From NCBI GenBank assembly GCA_951406725.2, contig OX597837.1:23374001-23438000 (forward strand): a stretch of DNA of 64,000 nt, given 5' to 3'. Shown here piece after piece: positions 51,996-64,000 of this stretch. This DNA is from Octopus vulgaris (taxonomy: Eukaryota). The notes beneath the pieces are model-generated. The model made no database searches and was not told where the DNA came from. It was given only the letters and a program-made list of their open reading frames with translations. Position 1 is the first letter of the stretch. Each line of letters opens with the position of its first letter. Made by a program: the position numbers and the translations under genes.

Positions 51996-52026
51996 TGCTA
52001 TATATATATATATATATATATAGAGA

Positions 52027-52117
<91 letters not shown>

Positions 52118-52222
52118 GCAGACAGATAGATAGATAGATAGATACATACATACATACATACATACATACATACATACATACATACATACATACATACATA
52201 CATACATACATACATACATACA

Positions 52223-52254
<32 letters not shown>

Positions 52255-52255
52255 G
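51935..52255. repeat. (ATT)/(TA)/(GATA)/(GACA)/(CATA) compound microsatellite
   Basis: Seen directly. Confidence 0.95.
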
Positions 52256-53142
52256 ATAGATATAAAGATATAGATAAATAGATATATGTAGCTTTGAGTT
52301 TCTGTCTACCAAATCCACTCAGATGGCTTTGGTCAGCCTAGGACCATAGTTTAAGACACTTGCCCAAAGTGCCAAGCTGTGGGACCGAACCCAGAACCAT
52401 GTGGTTGGGAAGCAAACTTCTTACCAGACAGCCACACCTGGATGTATTTACTACATAGTAGAAAACATTGGACTGTTTTGTAGTAATTTTAGTAATTTCC
52501 AGGACAACAATCAGTGTAAGAGTCTGAGTTGCCTCTGGACAATTTTATGTTTAGATTTGAGCCATGTTTGAAGGAATTAAAAAAAGAGAGCGAATGAGCA
52601 AAAAAGTGTCTTGAAGTAAATGCTTGTGAAGAGATAACAGAAGAATTAATTAGAGATAATTTTCTGAAATGAGTTAGTTGGCAGAAAAAGCAATTATTGC
52701 CTGCAAATATTCAGACAACTGAGCAGAAAATCAAACAGATTTCCTTGGAAGAAGAAGAATTTTTCTGGAAATTTCTCTCTTCTTCACAAGTGCAAATTTA
52801 AAAGGGATCTTCAGTTGTTGTTTTTTTTTATCATTTCTTATTTTTCCTTTCTTCTTTTTTTTTTGTTTTGTTTTAGAAAAAATATTTCAAATTCAAAATG
52901 ATTAATGAGAATTCATGCAAATACTACTACTACTACTATAACTACTACTAATAACAACAACAATTTTACAAAAAAAAAGCAGTGATAATAATAATAACAA
53001 CAACAACAAAAGCAATAAACAATAAGCAACAATATAATAGCAAGAACACCAACACCAAGAAGATGAACAAGAAGAAAATGACAAGGAACAACAACAGTAA
53101 CAATAAATAATAATAACAACAACAACAATAGAAAAAACAGCA

Positions 53143-53309
<167 letters not shown>

Positions 53310-54144
53310 CGGAGGGAAGCAGGGAAACATTTGAAAGGTTCTGGTTTGCTGAAGACTGAAGAGCAGAAATTAGGGTTATGGTTTTCATCTTATCACAAAT
53401 ACTATCTCCACCTCTCCCTCTCTCTCTCTCTCTTTTCCTCCTCTCTCTCCCTCTTCTTTTTCTTCTTCTTCTCTCTCTCTCTCCCCCATAAGCTGAAGAA
53501 TAATAAAACATATTAAGAAGAAAACAACAACAAATTATTGCTGTATTAAAGAAAATATCAAACAACAAAACAAAAACCAAGCAAAAAAAAAATAATCAAT
53601 CTTTGGCTGACTTGATTTGAAGTGAAAGTGAAACGCAATGCAAGCTGGTCAATATATGGAGAAATTCCGGTCTATTTGATTATTAATTCTATCTTCTTTC
53701 CGATATAATTTATTCAAGACACACACATGCACACCTAACTACCCCTCCATTTTTTTTTTCTTATATTCAAAGATTTCCATAGATTTATTTTATTTCCTCG
53801 TATTCTGTTTTCATTTTTTTACCCATAAAAATGATTCCATATTTCTCCTGACAATTTTTCACTTCACATAGAATACATTTAGCCTGGTTCACTTCCCACT
53901 CCTCTCTCTCTCTCTCTCTTGCATTCTTTTGTTTTCTCTTTCTCTGCCTCTTTCTTTCACTCTTTCTCTTTTGTTACAGAGCTCTGCAAGAACAGTCCAA
54001 GACATGTCTTCACAATTCGATTAGCATGTGTGAATTCCTCAAATATCTATTCTTTCATTACATTATTCCTAGGAACTAACTGGAAGAATGAAGACATACA
54101 CAACTGGTGTGCCTATGTATGTGTATATGTGTGCATATACATAC

Positions 54145-54256
<112 letters not shown>

Positions 54257-54299
54257 ATACACACATGCACATATATACATACATACATATATTCATACA

Positions 54300-54333
<34 letters not shown>

Positions 54334-54599
54334 CACACACACATTTTTATATATTTATAAATATATATACATGCATGTATATTCAATACATATACACACA
54401 AATGCACATATGTAGGCTTGTGTGTGTGTTTAAGTGTGTATATGTATGTGTGAGTCCATGCATGTGTACATCTATATTCTGATATTACTTGAAATAATAC
54501 TTTTTCCATCTTGACTTCCTTCTGTTAGTTCCCTGCATATACAAATGTTGATACTGCTCTATCCACTAAACTATTCTGGATTATCTAACTCTTATATAG

Positions 54600-54840
54600 T
54601 GTCATAGATTCCACTCTTGCCAGCAAAATATCAGACCAGATGCTGCAATAGCTTGAGATTCAAGGGCTCTTAGCTCCTTAGTATCCCCCTGAAGGATTTG
54701 AGAGACCTACATGGGGCAGATGTAGATGTCTTTGAAACAGAACTGGATCTCCTACTGTCAAGGGTCCCAAACGAATCAACTTCATGGAAAGAAACACAAA
54801 TGAGGGCACCAACATCAAGTTCCCTCATTCACCAAAATCT
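54600..54840 (+). mobile_element. CR1-like LINE, C-terminal fragment
   Basis: NSLRFKGS*LLSIPLKDLRDLHGADVDVFETELDLLLSRVPNE..RAPTSSSLIHQ. Confidence 0.7.
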
Positions 54841-54911
54841 AAGGGGGATTATTGAAGTTGTAGCCACAGCTCTTGAGCTAAAAAGAGTAAAAGAGTGTGT
54901 GTGTGTACATA

Positions 54912-55325
54912 GGCGCAGGAGTGGCTGTGTGGTAAGTAGCTTGTTTACTAACCACATGGTTCCAGGTTCAGTCCCACTGCATGGAACCTTGGGCAAGTGT
55001 CTTCTACTATAGCCTCGTGACGACCAAAGCCTTGTGAGTTGATTTGGTTGACGGAAACTGAAAGAAGCCTGTCGAATATATGTATATATATGTATGTGCG
55101 TGTATGTTTGTGTGTCTGTGTTTGTCCCCTTAGCATTGCTTGACAACCGATGCTGGTGTGTTTATGTCCCCGTTACTTAGCGGTTCGGCAAGAGAGACTG
55201 ATAGAATAAGTACTGGGCTTACAAAGAATAAGTCCCGGGGTCGAGTTGCTCGATTAAAGGCGGTGCACCAGCATGGCCGCAGTCAAAATGACTGAAACAA
55301 GTAAAATGAGAAAATGAGAATGAGA
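54912..55325 (+). mobile_element. Full-length SINE A
   Basis: Matches family A. Confidence 0.9.
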
Positions 55326-55914
55326 TACATACATACATACATACATATATACATACATGGTGGATGTCCCCTCGTTATCGAGTATGGCCATTGCACGAAG
55401 CTTAATCAATGTTGTTATCAAGCAATGCCTGTGCAAGAAGATTTTTTTTAAAGTGAGAAAAGGCTGTGCACTGAGTCAATCCCACTCACTAAGCAACAGC
55501 AGCCATAATCCAAAAAGAGGAACAAGTCAACATCATCGGTAACCACTGAGCTGCAGGTTTTATGTTGGAGTTATCCCAGTTACCTGAGTTACCTTCTCCT
55601 AGAAGGATGCCCTAACAAAGGCTAGGAGTCCTTCACTCCCAATGCTTTATCCTCGCAATCAGGTATTCAGTTCCATTATTTCTATGTCCCCGCGCATGAT
55701 ACATTTGTTTGATGGCCGTTGACACTCAAGAGTTCCTCCGCAGTTTGACGGGTTTTGTTTTTCATCCCACAGGGTGTCCAATAAACACCCTCCTCATGAA
55801 GCAAGCTTGGTGGGGTTGCCGGTTTAGTCGCCGACGACCCGACCATGCAACAGGTTGTACTGAGTTACATGTTACCAGTAGCACTCGAAAGTGACCTGAC
55901 ATAACATATCATCA

Positions 55915-55946
<32 letters not shown>

Positions 55947-56259
55947 CATACATATATACATGCATAGTATTGTGGTGAGAGTCATTGACACTCCTGTGGG
56001 AGTGGAAGAATGGATAAGCCGAATTCTTATGAAAAGGAGCATATTGGTTGGGACCAAGAAAAGTCGTAGGAGTCGTTGAGAATTCATGGAAGTCGTAGGA
56101 ATTCATTGAGCTCATTGAGAGTTTGTATTTATTGGAGTATCGTGTTTGGTGGAGTAATTTGAAGCAGATCATGTGAAGACAGTTGTGTCTATCTCCCTTT
56201 CGTGAAATCGGTATATCCAATGTATAGAAGGATATGAAAATGGCAAGTGAAGGTTTGGG

Positions 56260-56442
56260 TTACCATGTCATGTCTCCACTTGTACTATTCCAGCGCAAGA
56301 CTTTCACAAGCACTAACAATTGCACTTTTGATCTTCTTCCCACACATACTGCAGAAGTTTCTTGCACTTGTGTGGTATATTTCCCTTTTCATTGAGCTGG
56401 TATTCAATTTTTGATCCTGGGTTGTAATGATTAGACTTTCAT
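56260..56442 (-). mobile_element. R4/Dong-like LINE fragment (CCHC region)
   Basis: ESLIITTQDQKLNT..CSMCGKK..IVSACESLALE*YKWRHD; parallels 60332-60931. Confidence 0.7.
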
Positions 56443-56480
56443 TATCATCATTATTATTGTTGTTGTTGTTGTTATTATTA

Positions 56481-57259
56481 TACAAAGTGTGTGATGCAAT
56501 TTCAATAACTATTTTATTGGTTTGCATGATATTTCGACAACTTGCTTGACTTTGTTGAGTTCAAAATGAAAAATGATACATAGAAATTTAAAATTATAAA
56601 AATTCAGATTCAAAAGTTTGAACAGGGAGTTCCTGCATTTCTACTTTGATGGAATTACATCATCGGTCTTCAATTTCCAGTTTTACAGCTGGTGAAAATT
56701 CCCATTTTTGAATGGTACAAAATCCATTGGTCTAGGATTTGGCTCGACACTAGGGTCTATCAAAACTAACAGGGTTGACAAGCCAACTGTAAGAAGGAAT
56801 AAAATGCAAAAGCTGTAATTTATATTACGATTTTCCTTAGACACCTGACTACTTAGGTAACTTCCAGAATTTCTAGACATCTCAATTCTTATTTGGTGTA
56901 ACATAAAATCAATCATCTCAATCTACTTGATTTTGATATTTTAAAAGTATTGGCCTTACTCCTCAAAAAGGTAAACAGACAATACAAGGAGAGCAATGCG
57001 ATTGCAATAGATGTTTTATTGGTTTGAACGATATTTTGACAGCTTGCCTATCTTTGTTGAGCTCAAAATGAAAAGTGATGCATAGAAATTCAAAATTATA
57101 GAAATTCAAATTCAAAAATTTGAGCAAGGAGATCCTTCATTCTTGCTTTGACGAAATGACATCATCAGTCTTCAATTTTCAATTTTACAACTGGCAAACA
57201 GTCACATTTTGTGATTCGTATGTGAAAGCTACAAAATCTATTGGCCTAGGATTGGGCTC
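56481..57259 (-). mobile_element. Partial tandem (502-bp period) of Penelope-like terminal repeat
   Basis: 56481-56745 repeats at 56983-57259; each copy has a degenerate HHR-like motif. Confidence 0.7.
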
Positions 57260-57581
57260 AGTTAGTTTCCAAAGCAGCTTCACATGTTCCTCTAGCATAC
57301 ATTAGCCTTTCAGTACCTGGCATAAAGCCACCACCCACATCCACCTTTTCTTCCCAAATATTTCCTCTTTGTTATGGGAGATTTTCTTTTTCCTTCCCCA
57401 ACCCTGTTCATTTCTGCATTGCAAAGCCCCATGGCAACATAACTAGTGCTGGTGGCACGAAAAAAGCATGCCAACCACTATGAGAGTGTAGTGGGTGCTT
57501 TTACGTGCCACCAGCACGAGGGCCAGTCAGGCAGTACCGGGAATGGCCATGCTCAAATGGTGATTTTTGTGTGCCACCCAC

Positions 57582-57612
<31 letters not shown>

Positions 57613-57664
57613 CATACATACATATATATGCATACACACACACTCACACACACATATATATATG

Positions 57665-57861
57665 ATCCCGTGTGTATCGTTGGCGATTATCTTTCTCCGT
57701 CTTCCCTTCTTTGGACATTTTCTATATTTCTGATAAAGAGCTCCGCTCGAAACATGAAATCCTCTTTCTTTTCTTTCCTTTCCTGAGTGTTCAATAACAC
57801 TGTACTTATTTCACATCCTCGCATTGTTGATTTTTCCTGCTTGTTCATGTTTGGATTGACT
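57665..57861 (+). mobile_element. (TA)n-flanked Penelope-like fragment with minimal HHR-like motif
   Basis: attt-CTGATAA-A-GAGC tcc GCTC-GAAA-CA-TG-aaat at 57726-57760. Confidence 0.65.
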
Positions 57862-57884
57862 ATATATATATATATATATATATA

Positions 57885-58387
57885 CAAGCAAAACGTCCCC
57901 CGTCCAATGGACGGTACTGAAACATTGCTGAATAAAAAGCAATCAGTGTTTTCTTTTCATTAAAAAATAATTAAGCATGCCTTTATTTCAATAAAATTTT
58001 TGGTTTTGTTAAACGAAATTAAGGCAAAAAAAAAAACTTCTTGAGAAACCAAAAGTCTTTCCTTCCTTCATGCCAAGTTTGAAGAAAATATCTCTTTTGC
58101 ATCTTACTTTTTTGGTCTCTGGATTTTTTTGTGCAAACTGCACATGCATTTTTCTAATGTGTGCGTAGTATCGATCGCAAGAGCTGATGTACTTGTGCAT
58201 ACAAATGCCCGTTCCCACGGCTTTATCGATTTCATTCACCTGGAATCGATTTTTGTAATTTTTTCAAGACTTATACACGCCCTGATACCGACGGTATCTA
58301 CATATCAAATTTGAGCGCAATTGGATGGAGGATGCCCGAGATCCTAGAAGAGACGCACGCAGACAGACAGAACGAATTTTATATAAT

Positions 58388-58390
<3 letters not shown>
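57885..58390 (-). mobile_element. Non-autonomous Helitron
   Basis: Minus strand A|TCTATTATATAAAA start, (TCTG)n, hairpin CCGTCCA-t-TGGACGG 11 bp before CTTG|T (CTRR with one change). Confidence 0.75.
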
Positions 58391-58433
<43 letters not shown>

Positions 58434-59948
58434 GTATACAGGGTATATGACCAATTTCTTACTTTGTATATCAGCTACTAAATTCTGGCATAAAGAAAAA
58501 AAATATTTTCCATAAATTTCTTTTTTATATTTTTGCCTTCCACTTCTTTTCATTCCCCAGAAGGTATGAGAGTTTGACGGATAGCTATTCTCAAACACCA
58601 CTGATTATGATTACTTATAACGTCACACAGTATCTAGTATTGTGATGTTATAGTCTGAAGATATTGTACTGAGTGTTTTTGCTGTCTGTCAAGTCACAAC
58701 AAGGACCGCCGATCGACAGTATTGTGTGCAGTTCCAATTAAAACCGATTTTTGCATTACACCAAGATTGTAGGGTATTTCAAACTTTGTAACAAGAAAAC
58801 AAGGTTGTCACATGAAAAATTGTTTATCTTAGAAGGAAAAAGAAAATGAATGATTTCAAAATGTCTCTCCTTGTAGTTTTGCATCGATATTTCTCTTGTG
58901 ATGATAAATGATAAGATGCTGAGTAAATGTGTAATTATGTTAAACATATAATTATGTTAATTGCAGAACAGGAAATGATATGACATGACAGGTCTGCATG
59001 GAATGTCTCTGTTATGATGGGAGGAAATTTGATGTAGAGAACAGATTACAGCAGTAAATCGTAGAGAGGAAAAGAATAAGGAAGAGGGAGAGGGAGATGG
59101 AGAGTGAGATGGAGAGGGAGTGAAGGAGATGAAGACAGGGAATGAAAGAGAGAGAGAGGGGGGAGAGACACACACACAGAATGAGAAAGGAAACACACAG
59201 AGAAGTGGTCAAAAGGGTTGCACATGAAAGAATTTCTAAGCTGTCTTGTCTATCTTGTAGATGTTTGCTGTTGTTGTTAAGCAACAAGACGGGTAAGGGT
59301 GATTAGGTGATGGTCTAGGGCTTAGGGGTGGGAGACCCCAGACATTGGAAAAAAAACTGGTCGTCTTGTTGTAGTCGAAGGCTCTTCGTTGACGCCCAAC
59401 ACCACTGGGAGGTGGCCCTCGAAGTCGCTGAAAATGAAGATCTCCAGGTCCAAATTCTTGGATGGCTTGTGGAGGTTCATGGCTTAGTGGTCAGGGTGTT
59501 GGGTTCATAATTGTATGGTTGAGGTTTTGATTCCCAGACCAAGTGGTGTGTTGTGTTCAACTGATAAGAATAAGTAATCCTACGATGAACTATCACCCCA
59601 TCCAAGGAGGAATATATATGCCAGAGAAACCAGGAGACTGGCCCTATGCTCTTTACAGGTGCAACTCATTTCTGTCAGCTGAGTGAGCTGGAGTAACATG
59701 TATCTTGCTCAAGGACACAATGCATCTCCAGGAATTGAAATCATGACTTTACGATCGTGAGCCAAATACCCAAACCAATAAGCCATGTGCCTTCACTACT
59801 AAGCCACACACCTACATCCACACACAGTATAATCTCTACACCAGTACTGTATCCCAGTAGATGAAACAGCATTTAGATGTTGAGACATCAACTCCATATG
59901 TCTCTATGAATGTACTTTGTCTATCATTCTATATATCTTAGCAACTGT

Positions 59949-60236
59949 ATACCATTGGTATCTACATATCAAATTTGAGCGCAATCGGATGGAGGATGCC
60001 CGAGATCCTAGAAGACACATACACAGACAGACAGAATGGATTTTATATAATATATATATATATATGTATGAATGTATGTATGTATACAGGGTATATGGCC
60101 AATTTTTTACTTTGTATATCAGCTACTAAATTCTGGCAAAAAAAAAAAAGATTTTCCATAAATTTCTTTTTTATATTTTTGCCTTCCACTTCTTTTCATT
60201 CCCCAGAAGGTATGGGAGTTTGATGGATAGCTATTC
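59949..60236 (+). repeat. Local copy of 58285-58590 flanked by 19-bp direct repeats
   Basis: tctatatatcttagcaact at 59928-59946 and 60238-60256. Confidence 0.85.
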
Positions 60237-60282
60237 ATCTATATATCTTAGCAACTATATTTTTATATCTCTAAAGCTTCAC

Positions 60283-61305
60283 AGTACTGTATGTTGTCAT
60301 TTTCAAGCACTCGAGATGGTTTGTGTTCCCATCAGTTTTTATCATTGGGCAGCTCCAGGTTTTTACAAATTACCCAGTGAATGTACTCTGCTGCTCTATT
60401 ATGCCTGTCGAGATACTCTGTAGGCGCAAGAAGACTGCACATGGAGACAACATGATCGATGGTTTCATTTTGTGGTTCACATACATATGTTGGGCTACCG
60501 CTGTTCTTTAATATGTTGGCCTGGTAGCTCCTTGTAAGTAGGCATTGATCTTGGGTTGTTATGATAAACCCTTCTGTTTCTGATTTTAAGCCAGAAGACA
60601 CTAACCATTGATGAGTAAGGGCTTTATCGACATTGGCATTATTAGATCTCTTTGGGTATTTGCCATTGAGAGGTTTTTCTTGCCATTTATCAGCAAGAAA
60701 ATCTAAGGCAACAGTTTTAGCATGGGGTTTCATACACTTAGCTTTTTCTGTGCTTGTTTCCAGTACGTCTAATTCAGGGATTTGTTGATTTTGGAATTCA
60801 CTTAGATATGTCATTGCCTGTTTTGTCACTGAGTATGATGTTTTCTTCTTTACATGCTTTGATGTAAGTTTTAACATCCAGTCCTCAGAGTTTTTCAGGT
60901 AGGTGTTTAGGCCTATTGTGGCAATCTTCATTGTTAATTCCAGTTGTGAAAGTCCATTGCCACCCTCTTTTCTTGGTAGGTAAAGTCATTCTATATCTGC
61001 CTTAGGGTGGTGCATTCTATGCACTGCCAACAATTTTCGTATTTTTCTGTCAAGATTATATATTTCAGTAATTGACCAGTTAATGATACTAAAACTAAGT
61101 CACGACTAGTATGGCAAAAGTATTGATTGCTTCGATCCTGTTTCTTGCATTCAGCTCTGTCTTGAGTATTGCCCTTACCCTGCGATAACATTCTTTTCTG
61201 ATCCTTTCTCTCATCTTTGAGTGTTTGATTCTATCACCTTCAAATACCCCAAGGTATTTGTAGCTCACTGCTGGTTCTAACTCCTTTATGGCATTCTTTT
61301 GGTCA
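60283..61305 (-). mobile_element. R4/Dong-like (RLE-type) LINE fragment: end of RT to CCHC
   Basis: SYKYLGVFEG..ILKTELNARN..LPRKEGGNGL..KWQEKPLNGKY..LKSETEGFIITTQDQCL..ETIDHVVSMC..EYLDRHNR; abuts (ATT)n. Confidence 0.9.
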
Positions 61306-61308
61306 AGA

Positions 61309-61369
<61 letters not shown>

Positions 61370-61379
61370 CATCATCATC

Positions 61380-61454
<75 letters not shown>

Positions 61455-61473
61455 TTTTTTTTTTTTTTAAGCA

Positions 61474-61846
61474 ATCCGTCGGTTACGACGACGAGGGTTC
61501 CGGTTGATCCGATCAACGGAATAGCCTGCTCGTGAAATTAATGTGTAAGTGGCTGAGCACTCCACAGACACGTGTACCCTTAACGTAGTTCTCGGGGATA
61601 TTCAGCGTGACACAGAGAGTGACAAGGTCGGCCCTTTGAAATACAGGTACATCAGAAACAGGAAGTAAGAGTGAGAGAAAGTTGCGGTGAAAGAGTACGG
61701 CAGGGATCACCACCATCCCTGCCGGAGCCTCATGGAGCTTTAGGTGTTTTCGCTCAATAAACACTCACAACGCCCGGTCTGGGAATCAAAACCGCGATCC
61801 TACGACCGCAAGTCCGCTGCCCTAACCACTGGGCCATTGCACCTCC
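61474..61846 (-). mobile_element. SINE C (tail 1)
   Basis: Near-identical reverse complement of 39768-40148. Confidence 0.9.
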
Positions 61847-61861
61847 ACTATTATTATTATT

Positions 61862-62050
61862 GCACACTGGATGACATGCTTAGTGGTATTTTGTCAGTCA
61901 CTATGTTCTGAGTTCAAATTCCGCCAAGGTTGACTTTGCTTTTCATCCTTTTAGGGTTGATAAATTGAGTACCAGCGAAAAACTGGGGTTGATGCAATCG
62001 ACTAACCCCACTTCCAGTAAATTTCAGGCCTTGTGTTTATAACAGAAAAG

Positions 62051-62130
<80 letters not shown>

Positions 62131-62188
62131 TATCTATTATTTATTATTATTATTATTATTATTTATCCTTATTATCATTATTATTATT

Positions 62189-62265
<77 letters not shown>

Positions 62266-62472
62266 GGCAGTGAGCTGGCAGAATCATTAGCACACCAGCA
62301 AAATGCTTAGTGGCATTTCGTCCATCTTTACGTTCTGAGTTCAGATGTTGCTGGGTTCAATTTTGCTTTTCATCCTTTTAGGACAAGGAAATAAGCACCA
62401 GTTATACACAGGGGTTGATGAAATCGACTACCCCTCCACCAAATTGCAGGCCTTGTGCCTATAGTAGAAAGG
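61862..62472 (+). mobile_element. Two SINE B copies (tail 2) separated by (ATT)n
   Basis: 61862-62050 and 62265-62472, each ending ggccttgtg..agaaa(a/g)gattatt. Confidence 0.8.
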
Positions 62473-62515
<43 letters not shown>

Positions 62516-63134
62516 TTATTATTATGATCATCATCATCATCATTATTATTATTATTATCATCATCATCATCATTATTATTATTATCATAATTGTTTTATT
62601 TCCTTCTTTCTTCAAATTTTCTTCAATTTTTTGCCAAGTGTTTCCCATACACCTAGGGCAAAGAAGCTCATTCTATGCATTCTCAGATTACACATGCAAA
62701 TTCACAGGTAAAATATGTATTTAAAATAAATAAATAAATAAATAAATAAATGAATTCATGAATGGCCGTTGTTTTCCACAGCAACACATTTTCTCCCTCA
62801 GTCACAGCTTCAGGATGGTGTTTATACCATTTGTCAGCAGTTTTGATTTTATAATGTCAACATATTATCCAGGGTAAATACTGGCTGACTCTGTCATGTC
62901 TTGCTTTATATTCTACAGGTGCTAAGACTCTACACCCTGAGATTAGGTGGCTTATAGTTTCAATCTCACCGTTACAGAATTGGTATTTTGGGTCAGCTTC
63001 ATTTTTATTATTATTATTATTCTATGTTTGATTTTTGCTTTATATTTGTACAACAGGTTGGAAGTTCACCTTGTTGTTATGCCTAGTGTGCCATATATTT
63101 GGTTGGTTTTTTTTTGTGTTGTACTAGTGGTGTC

Positions 63135-63168
<34 letters not shown>

Positions 63169-63228
63169 ATTATTATTATTATTGCTGTTGCTGTTGTTGT
63201 TGTTGTTCTTCTTCTTCTCCTTCTTCTT

Positions 63229-63360
<132 letters not shown>

Positions 63361-63509
63361 GGTTTAGTGAGAGGAGGAAAAAGCAGTACTTTGATGTTTT
63401 CCAGAATCTCTGAAACTGGTATGAGGAATGGTGGGAGTCTGAAAGATTTGAGTTCTACAAGGGATGTCTGCGATTGAGTAGACCCTGCTGCTGACACCTG
63501 AGGGTGTTA

Positions 63510-63915
63510 GGTGGTGGCAGTAATAGTTGTTGTTATGGTGGTAGTAGTGATGGTTATGGTGGTGGTGGTGGTGGTGGTGGTGGTGGTGGTGGTGATGGTT
63601 GCTGAGCTGGTCTTGGTGGTGGTGACTGTGGTGACTGGCATTCTGGTTGTGGTGATGGTTGTGTGTATAGTGGTTGTATTGGTGGTGGTAGTTATGGTGG
63701 TGATAGTTACAGTGGTGTTGGAAGTAGTAGAGAATTGTTGTAGTGGTTTTAGTGGTGGTGGCAGCTGTGGTGATGTGGGTTGTGATGGTGGTTGCTGTTG
63801 TAGTGGTGGTGGCGGTGGTGGTGGTGGTAGTGGTGGTGGTGGTGGTGTTGGTATGGTGTTGATGGTAGTGGTGGTGGTGATGGTGGTGGTGGTAAGTTGT
63901 GGTGTGGTGTTGGTA
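63510..63915. repeat. Degenerate (GGT)n low-complexity tract
   Basis: Seen directly. Confidence 0.9.
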
Positions 63916-64000
63916 GCAGGAGGGGGTAGTCGTGGTGCTAAATCAGCTAACAGTTTAAGCCTTTCGGCCCAGCATTTATACGACAGAAAACAAGCAAAAA

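Noticed and set aside
60332-60931. 199-aa ORF as a host gene
   Set aside because: It is an internal piece of a frameshifted R4/Dong-like LINE.

Overview
AT-rich eukaryotic non-coding DNA, intronic or intergenic. The repeat content (dense (TA)n/(ATT)n/(ATAC)n microsatellites and several tRNA-derived SINE families) strongly resembles an octopus/coleoid genome; this is an inference from repeat content. No host protein-coding exon, intact RNA gene or CRISPR array can be supported, and almost all ORF-track entries are microsatellite or SINE translations. The window is a nested transposable-element graveyard: at least five SINE families (labelled A, B, C, E, F here; these are my own labels), a (TAA)n-embedded non-coding element (D), RTE, CR1 and R4/Dong-type LINE remnants, Tc1/mariner remnants (DD34D-type, DD37D, DD36E), MITEs, Helitron/Helentron derivatives and a Penelope-like GIY-YIG remnant. 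The most striking signal is about 13 hammerhead-ribozyme-like (HHR) motifs, several in fold-back or tandem Penelope-type termini. One lies inside a tRNA-headed SINE that inserted as a single unit with a 12-bp target-site duplication (19504-19828). Other oddities are a TSD-flanked SINE trimer, a retroposed tRNA-Ala 3' half, and a locally templated duplication. All coordinates were read by eye and may be off by a few bases.
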